Both the position numbers and the translations under genes were made by a program. Below are positions 41,594 to 52,341 of a stretch of DNA of 64,000 nt, piece after piece. Position 1 is the first letter of the stretch. The number at the start of each line of letters is the position of its first letter. The notes under the pieces are model-generated. The model saw only the letters and a list, made by a program, of their open reading frames with translations, was not told the DNA's origin and made no database searches. Source of the stretch: Bdellovibrionota bacterium (lineage in GTDB: Bacteria; Bdellovibrionota_C; UBA2361; JBIKWN01); NCBI GenBank assembly GCA_044356295.1, contig JBIKWN010000004.1, positions 1 to 64,000 on the forward strand. The letters run 5' to 3'.

Positions 41594-42308
41594 ATGGTGC
41601 CAAAAGCAAAGAGCTTACTTCTTTTGCTCTTAATGTAAAGGTCTCTTTGGTAATTGGATTAAAATTAGTGATTAATTTTTTATTCTCTGAAAAAGCATTT
41701 GGGTCAAGCGAAGCAAAATGATTGAGCTTCTTTTCAATACTACTATAAAAAGATTCTTTTTGAGCTATGGTATGAAATAGACCATTTTGATAGCACCAAT
41801 CTGATCCATACCAATCTGTACTCAAGCAGAGCTGTTGAAAAGCTCCAATGCCAATTCTTTTAATAATTGCAGGGCTTACCGTAAAGGGTCCAATTCCTAA
41901 AGAAAGTTCACCGAGTTTTACAGAAGCACTCTCACCTGCAATTACCCAATCAGCGGCGGCTATGATACCGACTCCACCTCCGACTACTTTTCCCTGAACG
42001 GTAATAACCACTGGTTTTGGTGAGTCGTATATTGCAAGCATTACATTTGCAAAACCCATAAAATACTCAGTGGCACGAGCTGGCTCTGTTATAGTAGATA
42101 GCTCCGCTAAAGAAGCTCCAGAACAGAAGACATCTCCTGGGCTTTTCAAAAATAGTACCCGGATCGCTTTATCTTGAGAGGCTTTATAAATCAACCGAGC
42201 AAGCGTCTGTAACATGTCAGTTGTCATCGAATTTGCTGTATTCGACGAAAAAGTTATTTCACAGATATTTCCTCGAATCTGCTCTGTTACGGAGGCTAAA
42301 GATTGCAT
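41553..42308 (-). CDS. Enoyl-CoA hydratase/isomerase (crotonase family)
   Basis: FCSGASL, VQGKVVGGGVG, ELSLGIGP. Confidence 0.88.
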   Translation of the reverse strand: MQSLASVTEQIRGNICEITFSSNTANSMTTDMLQTLARLIYKASQDKAIRVLFLKSPGDVFCSGASLAELSTITEPARATEYFMGFANVMLAIYDSPKPVVITVQGKVVGGGVGIIAAADWVIAGESASVKLGELSLGIGPFTVSPAIIKRIGIGAFQQLCLSTDWYGSDWCYQNGLFHTIAQKESFYSSIEKKLNHFASLDPNAFSENKKLITNFNPITKETFTLRAKEVSSLLLAPYAQEHIKKIKEKQ

Positions 42309-42325
42309 ATTCTTGGTAGTTTAAT

Positions 42326-42751
42326 ATGGAAATAGATTCATCGGTACACTCAAAAGTTACAGCACTATTTAGCGGTAACCCGCAAACGATACATGATGCC
42401 TTAGGGATTGCCTTTAAGAAGTTATCTAAAAATGAAGTACAGGCAACAATGCCTGTTGATGAAAGAACCAGACAGCCTTTTGGGATCCTTCATGGTGGTG
42501 CTTCAGTTGTATTGGCAGAATCCTGTGCTTCAATTGGTGCTTGGCTCAATATTGATGAAAACAAATATAATGCTCTTGGAATAGAGATTAACGCTAATCA
42601 TCTTCGTTCTGTTACTCAAGGTATCGTTACCGCATCAGCAACTCCGCAACGACTTGGTAAGAGAATTCAAGTATGGAATATCAGTATTACAGATGAAGAT
42701 CAAAATGAGATTTGTATTTCAAGATGCACAATCGCAGTGGTAGAGAAATAA
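42326..42751 (+). CDS. Hotdog-fold thioesterase (MenI/YdiI/PaaI-like)
   Basis: RQPFGILHGGASVVLAES, GIEINANHLR. Confidence 0.92.
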   Translation: MEIDSSVHSKVTALFSGNPQTIHDALGIAFKKLSKNEVQATMPVDERTRQPFGILHGGASVVLAESCASIGAWLNIDENKYNALGIEINANHLRSVTQGIVTASATPQRLGKRIQVWNISITDEDQNEICISRCTIAVVEK

Positions 42752-42755
42752 ATTC

Positions 42756-44447
42756 ATGAATGAAAGTAACGATACGAAGCAGTCAAAGAAAGAATTTATT
42801 AGAAACGCGTGGAGGCTTATCTATCCTTACTGGCTCTCTCGTGAATGGAAAATAGCATGGATACTTTTAGTAACAATTGTATCCCTGAATCTTGGGATCG
42901 TGTATGTAACTGTTTTAATAAATACATGGTATAATGCATTTTATAATTCACTACAACAAAAGAATTTTAATGATTTTAAATCATTAATAATTGAATTTTG
43001 TTATTTGGCTGGAATATACATAGTTGCTGCCGTTTACCGTCTCTATTTGCAGCAAATGCTCACCATTAAATGGAGGAGTTGGCTCACCGATAATTTTCTT
43101 ACGATCTGGCTCACGCAGAAGAGATTTTATTCCCTTGAGTTATTTAAATTTGGAACAGATAACCCCGATCAACGAATTGCCGAGGATCTTCGAAGTTTAA
43201 GTGGAGGAACATTATCTCTCGCACTTGGATTTTTATCTTCTGTCACGACGCTCATTTCATTCTTCATGATTCTTTGGAACTTATCTGGACCGATTGAATT
43301 AAATCTTTTTAATACATCAGTAGTTATTCCAGGCTATATGGTGTGGGCTGCGTTTCTCTATGCTTTCTTTGGAAGTATTCTTACGCATGTTATTGGTAAA
43401 AAACTTATAGTACTCAACTTTAACCAACAAAAAAATGAAGCTAATTTTCGTTATTCACTAGTCAGAACGAGGGAGTATGCAGATGCTATAGCACTGGCTG
43501 AAGGTGGTTCTAAAGAGTTATCAAATCTTAAAATATCATTCTCTTCTATCCTCAATAATTGGTGGATGATAATGCGGTATCAAAAACGCCTTACTTGGTT
43601 TACTTCAGCGTACGGACAAGCCGCTGTTATTTTCCCCCTCGTTGTTGCTGCACCACGATACTTTAGCGGTGCAATCGAACTTGGTGCTCTTATGCAGATA
43701 TCTTCAGCATTCGGAAGAGTTCAAGATGCACTTTCATGGTTTATTGATAGCTATACAGGGCTGACTGAATGGAAGGCAAGTCTTGATCGATTACTTGGAT
43801 TCCAACGTGCTGCAAACATTGCTGATGAATTACAAAATAAAAAAGATCTCACCATTACACGGTCTGATACTATAGAAGGTGTGCTTTCATTATCACTTCC
43901 AGATGGAAGAATATTAAAAGATAAATTGAATCTTAAAATTAATCCAAAAGAGCATACCTTTATTTCAGGAAGGTCTGGTTCTGGAAAAAGTACATTATTT
44001 AGAGTTTTTGCCGGACTGTGGCCGTTTACTTCTGGAAAAATTCAACTCCCTGAATCTGATACATCATTATTTTTCCCGCAGAAGCCTTATTTGCCGATAG
44101 GCACCCTGCGTTCAGCATGTTTTTATCCAAAAGATGAAGATAGCTCTTTTGATGATGACATTGTTGGATATTTTCGGGAATTAAATTTACCACTAACGAA
44201 AAATGATCTTGAGCAATCAAAAGATTGGTCAAAACATCTTTCTCTAGGCGAGCAACAACGCATTGTTCTCATCCGTGCAGTAATTTTAAAACCTAATTGG
44301 CTGTATCTCGATGAAGCTATGGCAAGTCTTGATATACAAAGCGAACAAGCTGCGAGACTTTTTTTACAGAAGTATCTACCTCATGTTTCCATAGTTGAGA
44401 TAGCGCATCATTCAAATATTGAACAAATAAATACGATTAATTTTTAA
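42756..44447 (+). CDS. ABC transporter fused permease/ATPase (YddA/SbmA-BacA-like)
   Basis: DNPDQRIAED, EANFR, GRSGSGKST, LSLGEQQR, YLDEA. Confidence 0.92.
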   Translation: MNESNDTKQSKKEFIRNAWRLIYPYWLSREWKIAWILLVTIVSLNLGIVYVTVLINTWYNAFYNSLQQKNFNDFKSLIIEFCYLAGIYIVAAVYRLYLQQMLTIKWRSWLTDNFLTIWLTQKRFYSLELFKFGTDNPDQRIAEDLRSLSGGTLSLALGFLSSVTTLISFFMILWNLSGPIELNLFNTSVVIPGYMVWAAFLYAFFGSILTHVIGKKLIVLNFNQQKNEANFRYSLVRTREYADAIALAEGGSKELSNLKISFSSILNNWWMIMRYQKRLTWFTSAYGQAAVIFPLVVAAPRYFSGAIELGALMQISSAFGRVQDALSWFIDSYTGLTEWKASLDRLLGFQRAANIADELQNKKDLTITRSDTIEGVLSLSLPDGRILKDKLNLKINPKEHTFISGRSGSGKSTLFRVFAGLWPFTSGKIQLPESDTSLFFPQKPYLPIGTLRSACFYPKDEDSSFDDDIVGYFRELNLPLTKNDLEQSKDWSKHLSLGEQQRIVLIRAVILKPNWLYLDEAMASLDIQSEQAARLFLQKYLPHVSIVEIAHHSNIEQINTINF

Positions 44448-44677
44448 GAAGGAAGCATACTAGGTAATTGTAGATTGTTCATGATTCGTTCAACGCAACA
44501 ACGTTAAAAGCTTTCAGTTTCATGAAAGAGCAAAAAATATAAAAAGATGCCACAGGCTTATTTTATTAACCACCTGAAATAACTCAGAAAAATAAAATTT
44601 ATTAGTCAAAAAACTGATAAATTTCGAATACTTATCATAATAATAATCATCTAATATGAGACACTGTAAACCTCAGC

Positions 44678-45583
44678 ATGGAAGCCGAAAAACTTTACCA
44701 ATCACTTTATACAATTCGTCATTTCGAGACGCGTCTTCTTGAGTTGTTTGGAGAAGGAAAGTTAAACGGGACTACTCATGCTTACATTGGACAAGAAGCA
44801 AATGCAGTTGGAGTTATCACGCATCTCCAAAGCGATGATGTTGTTTGGAGCAATCATCGATGTCATGGACACTACCTTACCTATACGAACGACCTTGAAG
44901 GATTAGTCCACGAGCTTGTTGGTACCTCAAAAGGAACATGTGCTGGTAAAGGTGGCAGTCAACATCTTTGTAAAGGAAATTTTTTTACGAATGGAATTCA
45001 AGGAAGCATTACTGCAGTAGCAGCAGGGATGGCACTTTCTCAAAAGCTATCAAACTCAAAAGCAATATCGACTGTTTTTATTGGTGATGGAACGCTCGGT
45101 GAGGGGCTTGTTTATGAAGTCATGAATATTGCATCACTTTGGAAACTTCCGATTCTATTTGTACTTGAACATAATCAATATGCTCAGAGCACTCCAGCAA
45201 CATTGGAAGTTTCAGGGATACCAAAACTTCGACCTGAAAGTTTTGGTATTAAAACATTTGAAATAGATTCAAATGACATTAATGAAACATATTTATTTGG
45301 GCAAGAAATAACAAATTTTGTTCGGACCAATCGGCTACCAGCATTTGCAATAATGCACACCTATCGGCTGTGTCCACACAGTAAAGGTGATGATTTTCGC
45401 GACATATCAGAGATCGAACACTGGAAAACAAAAGATCCAATTGGATTTGCTCAAAAACTTTTAGCGAAAGAAGCGATCAATCAGATAGAAGAATCTGTTC
45501 ATGAAAGAATGCACAGTGCTGTTCAAGATGCATTATCTTTATTTGAGCAGCAAAAACTTGCTCGAAAGGAGGCAATGACATGA
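44678..45583 (+). CDS. ThDP-dependent dehydrogenase E1 alpha subunit
   Basis: H.YIGQEA, SNHRCHGH, GKGGSQH, GDGTLGEG...EHNQY, YRLCPHSKGDD. Confidence 0.92.
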   Translation: MEAEKLYQSLYTIRHFETRLLELFGEGKLNGTTHAYIGQEANAVGVITHLQSDDVVWSNHRCHGHYLTYTNDLEGLVHELVGTSKGTCAGKGGSQHLCKGNFFTNGIQGSITAVAAGMALSQKLSNSKAISTVFIGDGTLGEGLVYEVMNIASLWKLPILFVLEHNQYAQSTPATLEVSGIPKLRPESFGIKTFEIDSNDINETYLFGQEITNFVRTNRLPAFAIMHTYRLCPHSKGDDFRDISEIEHWKTKDPIGFAQKLLAKEAINQIEESVHERMHSAVQDALSLFEQQKLARKEAMT

Positions 45584-46590
45584 ATAATCAGAACAAAAAA
45601 AGATTTGTCACTGTTCTGAATGAAACGCTCCATACTTTATTTGAAGAGCACGAAAATGTAGTACTTATTGGTGAAGACTTACTTGATCCTTACGGTGGAG
45701 CTTTTAAAGTTTCAAAAGGACTATCGACTGCTTATCCAGAGCGAGTCATTACTTCACCCATCAGTGAAGCCGCAATTGTTGGCATTGGAGCAGGCCTCGC
45801 AATAAAAGGGTTTTTGCCAATAATTGAAATTATGTTTGGTGACTTTACGACACTTGCTTTTGATCAAATAGTGAATGGCATCTCTAAGTTTCGTTCGATG
45901 TATAATAATCAAATAGAATGTCCTGTGATGATACGAACGCCTATGGGTGGTGGACGTGGATATGGTCCAACGCATAGTCAAAGTTTAGAAAAATTCTTTT
46001 TTGGAATACCACATTTCTTAGTTCTTGCTCCTCATACGATTCATGATGTTGAATCATTTTATAAAAATGCACTGTTAGATCCTCGTCCGAAACTAGTTGT
46101 AGAAAACAAATTACAGTACGCAGAATTTGTTGAATTCGGGAGTGATAAAATTAAAGATTTTTTTGTAAGCTATTCAAATACTCCTTTTCCAACAGCAACA
46201 CTATCTCTTGCTCAACAGAGCAAAGTCGATGCAACTATTATCACGTATGGTGGTATGGTTTCAGTTGCGCTGGAGGCAGCAGAAAAATTATATCTTGAAG
46301 AAGAGAAAATTGTTGAAGTTCTCGTGCCGACAATGATATCGCCCTTTCCCCTAAAAGATATCGAAAATTCAGTTCGTAAAAGTGGAAAAGTATTAATTCT
46401 GGAAGAGGGTACGAAAACAAATGGATTTGGAGCTGAAGTCGCTTGTCAGATTCAGGAACACCTTTTTAGCTGCTTAAAAGCTCCTGTAAAGAGAATAGCA
46501 AGCCCCGATGACTGTATTCCTAGCTCTAAAGCATTAGAAATCCACTTTTTACCTCAGGTAGATCTGGTTTATCGTGAACTCCTCTTATGA
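45580..46590 (+). CDS. ThDP-dependent dehydrogenase E1 beta subunit
   Basis: IGEDL..PYGGAFKV, SPISEAAIVG, EIMFGDF, GYGPTHSQS. Confidence 0.92.
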   Translation: MNNQNKKRFVTVLNETLHTLFEEHENVVLIGEDLLDPYGGAFKVSKGLSTAYPERVITSPISEAAIVGIGAGLAIKGFLPIIEIMFGDFTTLAFDQIVNGISKFRSMYNNQIECPVMIRTPMGGGRGYGPTHSQSLEKFFFGIPHFLVLAPHTIHDVESFYKNALLDPRPKLVVENKLQYAEFVEFGSDKIKDFFVSYSNTPFPTATLSLAQQSKVDATIITYGGMVSVALEAAEKLYLEEEKIVEVLVPTMISPFPLKDIENSVRKSGKVLILEEGTKTNGFGAEVACQIQEHLFSCLKAPVKRIASPDDCIPSSKALEIHFLPQVDLVYRELLL

Positions 46591-47702
46591 AAAAAGTATT
46601 TATTCCTGTTCAAGATGCAAATAGCACTACAGCAATTATTCGAGAGTTGCTCTGTAAAGACGGTGATGTTGTTACAAAAGGGCAAGTGATAGCTCATGTA
46701 GAAACATCGAAAGCTATCTATGATGTGAACTCCTCTGGAGCTGGTCGAATTATTTATAATACGAAGTTACATGACGAGCATTCATTTTCAAATCCAATTG
46801 CTTGCATCGCTGAAGAGGGAGAAGATTTTGAAACAGTACGGGCGAATTTTTATTCAGGAAAATCAGAAGAAAAAACTACTGAAGTAAAAGCTACTAAAAA
46901 AGCAAAACTTCTTGCTGAAACTATAGGCATACATCTTTCTGATATAATAAAAGAGGGGATACTTTCTGAAGAAGATGTAATGCAATTTGCAAAAGATCAA
47001 GGAATTGCTACCCCCAAAGCTCCGATTTCTTTTTTAAAACCAAATGAATTTCCGCCGCGACTTACAAGAGTACTTGTTATAGGAGCGGGCAACGGTCTGG
47101 CACAAGTTGCAGATATTATGAGTCATGTTGCTCATCAGAGAATTGTCGGTTGTGTCGATGATAGTAAGGACCTTCATTCAAATGAGCCTTTTGGAGTACC
47201 TCTGATAGGGACGATTGCTGATATTGAACGTCTCTATAACGAAAAGAAATTTGATGCAGCTGTTATAGCAATTTCATCGAACGTCAATGTGCGCCGTATG
47301 TTGTTTGAAAAAATTAAAAATTTTGGGATCCCATTTGTAAATGTTATCGATCCATCTACCAGAATAAATAAATTTTCCATATTAGGTGAGGGGAATATTA
47401 TCTGTAGTTTTGTACATGTCGGAACATATACATCTCTTGGCGATAACAATTTTATAAGCGCGCATTGTAGTATTGATCATCATAATATTTGGGGTTCACA
47501 CATCACCCTTGGGCCCGGATGCCATTTTTCAGGTCGAGTAAAAGTGTGTGATTCAGTGAAATTTGCTACTGGAATTTTTGTCCAAAACGGCATCGAGATT
47601 GGAGCTGAATCAACAATTGCATCAGGTGCAGTTATTACAAGCTCTATTCCTGAGAAATCATTGGTGAAGACACAAGTGTCGCATGTGATTGTTCCAAAAT
47701 GA
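46587..47702 (+). CDS. Fusion: lipoyl domain + subunit-binding domain + PglD/NeuD-like hexapeptide acyltransferase
   Basis: GDVV.KGQ.IAHVETSKA (lipoyl Lys42); KATKKAKLLAETIGIHLSDI..G.L..EDV; VIGAG...GCVDD; NVIDP, hexapeptide repeats, IDHH. Confidence 0.85.
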   Translation: MKKVFIPVQDANSTTAIIRELLCKDGDVVTKGQVIAHVETSKAIYDVNSSGAGRIIYNTKLHDEHSFSNPIACIAEEGEDFETVRANFYSGKSEEKTTEVKATKKAKLLAETIGIHLSDIIKEGILSEEDVMQFAKDQGIATPKAPISFLKPNEFPPRLTRVLVIGAGNGLAQVADIMSHVAHQRIVGCVDDSKDLHSNEPFGVPLIGTIADIERLYNEKKFDAAVIAISSNVNVRRMLFEKIKNFGIPFVNVIDPSTRINKFSILGEGNIICSFVHVGTYTSLGDNNFISAHCSIDHHNIWGSHITLGPGCHFSGRVKVCDSVKFATGIFVQNGIEIGAESTIASGAVITSSIPEKSLVKTQVSHVIVPK

Positions 47703-49317
47703 GCTCGATCGACTCAATGCTCCATTCAGACTGAGTATCTAATCCAATCTGTTCAATAGTCACACAAGTTACTGATGATGGCTCGCTAAAATAGAGCTCT
47801 ACGTTATTTTCTTGTTTTAAACTAAAAAGCGAATTATTAATCCGTTCAACAGCACCTCTCCACCATGGTTCTCTGTATAAGAGGATGTCTTTAGTACAAG
47901 CTCCATCTCTTGAAGAACCATTAAAGACTTGAACACCACGTGGAAAATCGCTGATAAAATTCCGAAGCGTGATGGCAATTCCTTGAACACTGAGAGGTTC
48001 AACAAGGTCAAATGATACCCATTCACCTCCATGCTGAGTTCTTGGGACAGTGCTCCAACGGGTTTGTTTTTTTCGTTCTAAAATTATTGGAAGCATTGAT
48101 TGATTTGTTGAACCCCAAAGATTTTTGATTTCGTTTTTTGTAAGAATTATTCGATTAGTATCGTTGAGTGGAGGAAGAGGAAGTTTCGATTTAATGATAT
48201 ACAAGGACGGTGAATTTAAGAGAGGGCTTATCTGAAGTCTTTTGTCGCTTACTGATGTATGAAAAAAAGTATCAATAGGAGCAGTCAGATATAAAAAAAC
48301 TGGCAACGCAAAGGAAAGAGCAGCAATCCGAGTATTAGATATACTGATGATCAGAGAAGTATAAATAATTAATCCAATACAAATCATTTGATTTATAGAA
48401 TACATTTTTGCAAACGGAATGATCCGCGATATTCCAGCAAGAGGAGATGCGGACCGAATAGAGGGCGAAAACAGATCGCTTTCCATAAATAATAAAAAGG
48501 TAAAAACGAGAAAGCCAAAAGACTTTTTTAGTTGTGATGTTTGAAAACTTGTAATCCATGAAAGAAATATTGCAAAGAAAACAAAGTAGGTAACGCGCCC
48601 AGCAATCCAGATTTCGTTCAGGGAAGGGCGCTCTGGGGATGGACCAAATAATGGATCGATACCGAGCCCAGTTCCGGTACTTGGGACAAATCGGCTCAAT
48701 GATGGCAGATGTAACTGTGGAGGGAAGTGGGTAAGAGCCAGTGCAATGAAAAAGCAAAATATAATAAAAAGAAATAATGAATTACCGAATGGATCTTTTC
48801 TTTGTTCGTTACGTAAAAGCTTATCTATAATGAGGGCAATAATAATAGTTACTGGAAAGAAAACCGGAAGGATGAGAGCAGAGATTAAGAGCAGGATATT
48901 TCTTTTTTGTAATGAAAGAGCACATACATTAATTAAAATTGAAATTGCGGTAAGTAGTGAAAAAAGAGAAACACCATCAAAAATAAAAGTACTAAAGATC
49001 AAAAAGAAAATTGCAACGAAACTTTTCTGATCGAGCGTAAAATTTTTACAAAGGAAAAAAAGCATCCCCAATAGTGCTGAGATCAGCGCTATACAGTTTA
49101 GAGGATAAAGATTTTGAAAGAATAAAGGCAGTCGTAGGGCATAGTAAGCATTTGTTTCCAGTCCTGTCACAATTGTAAGTGTATTTGTCGCAGAAGGGCG
49201 AATCGTCCCAAAAAAACTATCACCTGCAGGAATATAGAAGCTTAGAAAAAGTCCAAGGCAGCCAGAAAAAATGCTAAAAAAAACTAATCCGATACTCCAT
49301 GAATTTGATTTTACCAT
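47644..49317 (-). CDS. Multi-TM membrane protein with C-terminal discoidin/F5-8-like domain
   Basis: Many hydrophobic helices; TRWST...Q.GGEWVSFDL...DFPRG...WSIESIE. Confidence 0.65.
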   Translation of the reverse strand: MVKSNSWSIGLVFFSIFSGCLGLFLSFYIPAGDSFFGTIRPSATNTLTIVTGLETNAYYALRLPLFFQNLYPLNCIALISALLGMLFFLCKNFTLDQKSFVAIFFLIFSTFIFDGVSLFSLLTAISILINVCALSLQKRNILLLISALILPVFFPVTIIIALIIDKLLRNEQRKDPFGNSLFLFIIFCFFIALALTHFPPQLHLPSLSRFVPSTGTGLGIDPLFGPSPERPSLNEIWIAGRVTYFVFFAIFLSWITSFQTSQLKKSFGFLVFTFLLFMESDLFSPSIRSASPLAGISRIIPFAKMYSINQMICIGLIIYTSLIISISNTRIAALSFALPVFLYLTAPIDTFFHTSVSDKRLQISPLLNSPSLYIIKSKLPLPPLNDTNRIILTKNEIKNLWGSTNQSMLPIILERKKQTRWSTVPRTQHGGEWVSFDLVEPLSVQGIAITLRNFISDFPRGVQVFNGSSRDGACTKDILLYREPWWRGAVERINNSLFSLKQENNVELYFSEPSSVTCVTIEQIGLDTQSEWSIESIELILEQSHATLVSSPMISQE

Positions 49318-51533
49318 AACCTTGAAAACCCTGATTTTGCGTTAATAGTAATAGGTGTTTGTGTCGGACAATTACTGAGCTGTATAAAAGAAAGATTGCC
49401 TTCAAGTATTTTAGAAGTCATTTGACAAGAGCTGTTTGTTTTTAAAAACGGGAAATATTGAAAAGAAAGCAGTGCATTTGGTTCATCTAACGTGAGTGTG
49501 ACTGAATTAGAAGTCTGAGAGATAATATTTCCCTTGCCTTCAAGAATATAATTACTTAGATGTTTTCGTTTAAATACGTTAAATACGCCGTAGATTCCTA
49601 ACAAAGTATACTGTTCAGGATGTGCCCTGAAGTAAGTGCGCCATTTTTTCTCATGAGCAATAACAAGAGTAGCGTTTACTCTTGAGAAGTAATCTTCAAA
49701 TCCAATATTTCCACGGCGCAGATATTCTGCTGGCATAAGCTCTGTATAACGCCAAACATTATGGAATAAAGTAGAAGCAACTAAGGGAGTTTTTGCTTCT
49801 TGCATGAGCGGAGCAAGGTGCCCTTGATTGAGCTCATGAAGGACAAACCCAGCAAAAACTGCTCTTCCTCCTTGTGCATTATTTTGAATGACTTTAGAAA
49901 GTTCATAATAAACGGAATCAGCAAAGAAATATTTTTCGGGGCTTCTGTTGTAGATAATGCCACTGACTGAACCAATGCCTGAAAGTATTAAAGCTAAAGG
50001 AATACTGACAAGTACTCTACCAAGTTTCTTATGCCTTAAAATCTCTGTTGCATCAGAAAGAAGTCTTGCAGCAGGAATACACAATACAAATCCAAGGATG
50101 ATAATCATCCTGTCTAGCTCTAACTGAGGAAGTTTAGGGGCAACAATGAGTCCAAGTGTTAATAACCAGAATACATGAATAGCAGTAAGCCATTCTTTTC
50201 TAAATGCAAAAAAGACTGCAAAAAGTCCAAATATGAGAACAGTTATATTCATTGGATTAAAGAGTTCTCTGGAGTTCTTTAACACTATTTGAGGTGTAAT
50301 CTTTTTTGCTGATCCCTTTACGAATGCATTTGGTTGCTTTTTAGTTATCACTGGAGGGGCAATCGTTTCGTCTTGTGACTCAGAAGCTACCTCTGCAGTG
50401 CCATGTGATTTTTCATGAAGCGCCATAAAAGTGTTTACTTTCGAAACAGAAAGAAACAAAACAATCCATGGGACATTAATGATGAGAAGGGCTGCAATGA
50501 ATTTTTGAACCTCTTTTCTCTTAATGAGCGACGGAAATTTAAATAATCCAAAAATAATAGCAGGAAGAAAAATGAGTCCGGTTAAAGACCAGCAAAGCAT
50601 TAACGAGAAACTAATCGTTGCAAAAATCCACTGACGACGAGTCAGTACTTCTTCTCGAAGAATTTTTATAGCAAAAACAATATTAAGAGGAATAAAAAGA
50701 GTCGATGTTACAAACCCCATCGATCCGTACTTAAACGCCCAACGATACCAAAAAAGACTTGTTGCAAATGAAAGCAGTGATGCAATTGCAGGAATTGGAT
50801 CTCGGTAACGCTCTATACGACAAGCGTAAAATATCAGTGCAGGACCAATAATAAAAAGTGTCCCTGAAATAATAATGTTATAGATACTTCGAACATCAAA
50901 AAGGTAAATCAAAGGAGCCCAAAGGGTAAAAAGATTTAAAACTCCAGTAGCAAAAAAATCTCTCGCATCAAGTCCCATATTCCAAAACGGATTATAAAAT
51001 GGAATAAATGGAAAATTCTCTTTCAATAAACTTAATCGATACACAACAACAGAGTGATCATCTGAATAAAGAAAATTACCTTTCGAGACCGATAGAAAAG
51101 TAAATATTAAACAAACACTACTAATGACAAGAGATGTAGAGAAAAGAAATTTTTCTTTTCTATGCCAAAGGGCGGTAATAACCAGTGCAGTAAAAAAGAA
51201 AACTTCACCCCGTATCTCTGGAGCTTTAGGAAAGCTATATGTTCTTGCTGTCCAATCAGAGAAAAAGCAGATTAGAAAACTTATAACAACACCGAAGTGT
51301 GATATATTTGGAGTCCACTGCGATCTATTTATCCCTTTTGCATGGTGCTGATAAAGTGACAGTCCCAAAAATAATAAGCCGATCATTGTGACCCAAGAAC
51401 CAGCAGGAACAAGGACGGATCCTTCGGAGCTCCAGAGACGAAGGGTTCCACCTAAAATCCCAAAAAAAAGCAGGAATATCCCCACCGTAAAGAGGGTTTC
51501 TAATGTTGATTTATTTACACAGAATTTAAACAT
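49311..51533 (-). CDS. Multi-TM membrane protein, probable GT-C-type glycosyltransferase
   Basis: SDDH in the first large loop, YNPFWNMG, many TM helices, soluble C-terminal domain. Confidence 0.55.
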   Translation of the reverse strand: MFKFCVNKSTLETLFTVGIFLLFFGILGGTLRLWSSEGSVLVPAGSWVTMIGLLFLGLSLYQHHAKGINRSQWTPNISHFGVVISFLICFFSDWTARTYSFPKAPEIRGEVFFFTALVITALWHRKEKFLFSTSLVISSVCLIFTFLSVSKGNFLYSDDHSVVVYRLSLLKENFPFIPFYNPFWNMGLDARDFFATGVLNLFTLWAPLIYLFDVRSIYNIIISGTLFIIGPALIFYACRIERYRDPIPAIASLLSFATSLFWYRWAFKYGSMGFVTSTLFIPLNIVFAIKILREEVLTRRQWIFATISFSLMLCWSLTGLIFLPAIIFGLFKFPSLIKRKEVQKFIAALLIINVPWIVLFLSVSKVNTFMALHEKSHGTAEVASESQDETIAPPVITKKQPNAFVKGSAKKITPQIVLKNSRELFNPMNITVLIFGLFAVFFAFRKEWLTAIHVFWLLTLGLIVAPKLPQLELDRMIIILGFVLCIPAARLLSDATEILRHKKLGRVLVSIPLALILSGIGSVSGIIYNRSPEKYFFADSVYYELSKVIQNNAQGGRAVFAGFVLHELNQGHLAPLMQEAKTPLVASTLFHNVWRYTELMPAEYLRRGNIGFEDYFSRVNATLVIAHEKKWRTYFRAHPEQYTLLGIYGVFNVFKRKHLSNYILEGKGNIISQTSNSVTLTLDEPNALLSFQYFPFLKTNSSCQMTSKILEGNLSFIQLSNCPTQTPITINAKSGFSRLW

Positions 51534-51720
51534 CTATTCAGTTGTCGATTTTGCAAACAGCCTGTTACAATAGACCTAATTGCATATCTATGCCGGAAAC
51601 TAATAAGACCTTATTGCAATAAAGATACTGTCTTTAGACTCGAAAGGTTAGTAGGTTATGCAAAAGGTCTAATATAAACAAGTTAGCTAAATTAGAACCA
51701 AATTAAACGATAGTAATATT

Positions 51721-52296
51721 ATGGCTTCAAATCTTCCTGGCTCAAGTGGCGCTGAAAATTCTGGATTTTTCTATACAAAACTAGAGAGTGCTCTGGGTTG
51801 GGCGCGTAAATACTCGCTTTTTTCTTATCCATTTGTAACAGCGTGTTGTGGAATGGAATTTATGGCAGTGAGCTGTGCCCATTATGATACAGACCGCTTT
51901 GGTGCAGCACTTCCTCGATTTACCCCGCGACAATCTGACCTTTTAATGGTTGTAGGAACCATCAATCATAAATTAGCCCCTGTGCTGTTGCGTGTCTATG
52001 AACAGATGGCTGAGCCCAAATACGTTGTAGCATTTGGAGCATGTGCATCGTCTGGTGGATTCTACGATAATTACACGACGGTAGCTGGGATTGATAAAAT
52101 TATTCCCGTTGATATGTATATTCCAGGGTGTCCTCCACGACCAGAAACAGTTCTTGATGCACTCATACATCTTCAAAAGAATATTCAGAATTCTCGTCAA
52201 CAAATAATAGAAGAGCACGGCGGAAAACAGCCGCACCCCGATCTTCCTGATTTTCTTGGTGCGCCGATCGATACAAACATCAATAAAAGTATTTAA
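51721..52296 (+). CDS. nuoB: NADH-quinone oxidoreductase subunit B
   Basis: TACCGMEF, PRQSDL, GACASSGG, PGCPPRPE. Confidence 0.95.
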   Translation: MASNLPGSSGAENSGFFYTKLESALGWARKYSLFSYPFVTACCGMEFMAVSCAHYDTDRFGAALPRFTPRQSDLLMVVGTINHKLAPVLLRVYEQMAEPKYVVAFGACASSGGFYDNYTTVAGIDKIIPVDMYIPGCPPRPETVLDALIHLQKNIQNSRQQIIEEHGGKQPHPDLPDFLGAPIDTNINKSI

Positions 52297-52341
52297 AACG
52301 AATTTCAAACCGCTTTTCATTAAGCGAGAGAGCACAGAACT

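Noticed and set aside
44678..47702. Ordinary pdhABC/acoABC operon
   Set aside because: The third gene lacks the E2 catalytic domain and no E3 is adjacent, so standard gene symbols were withheld
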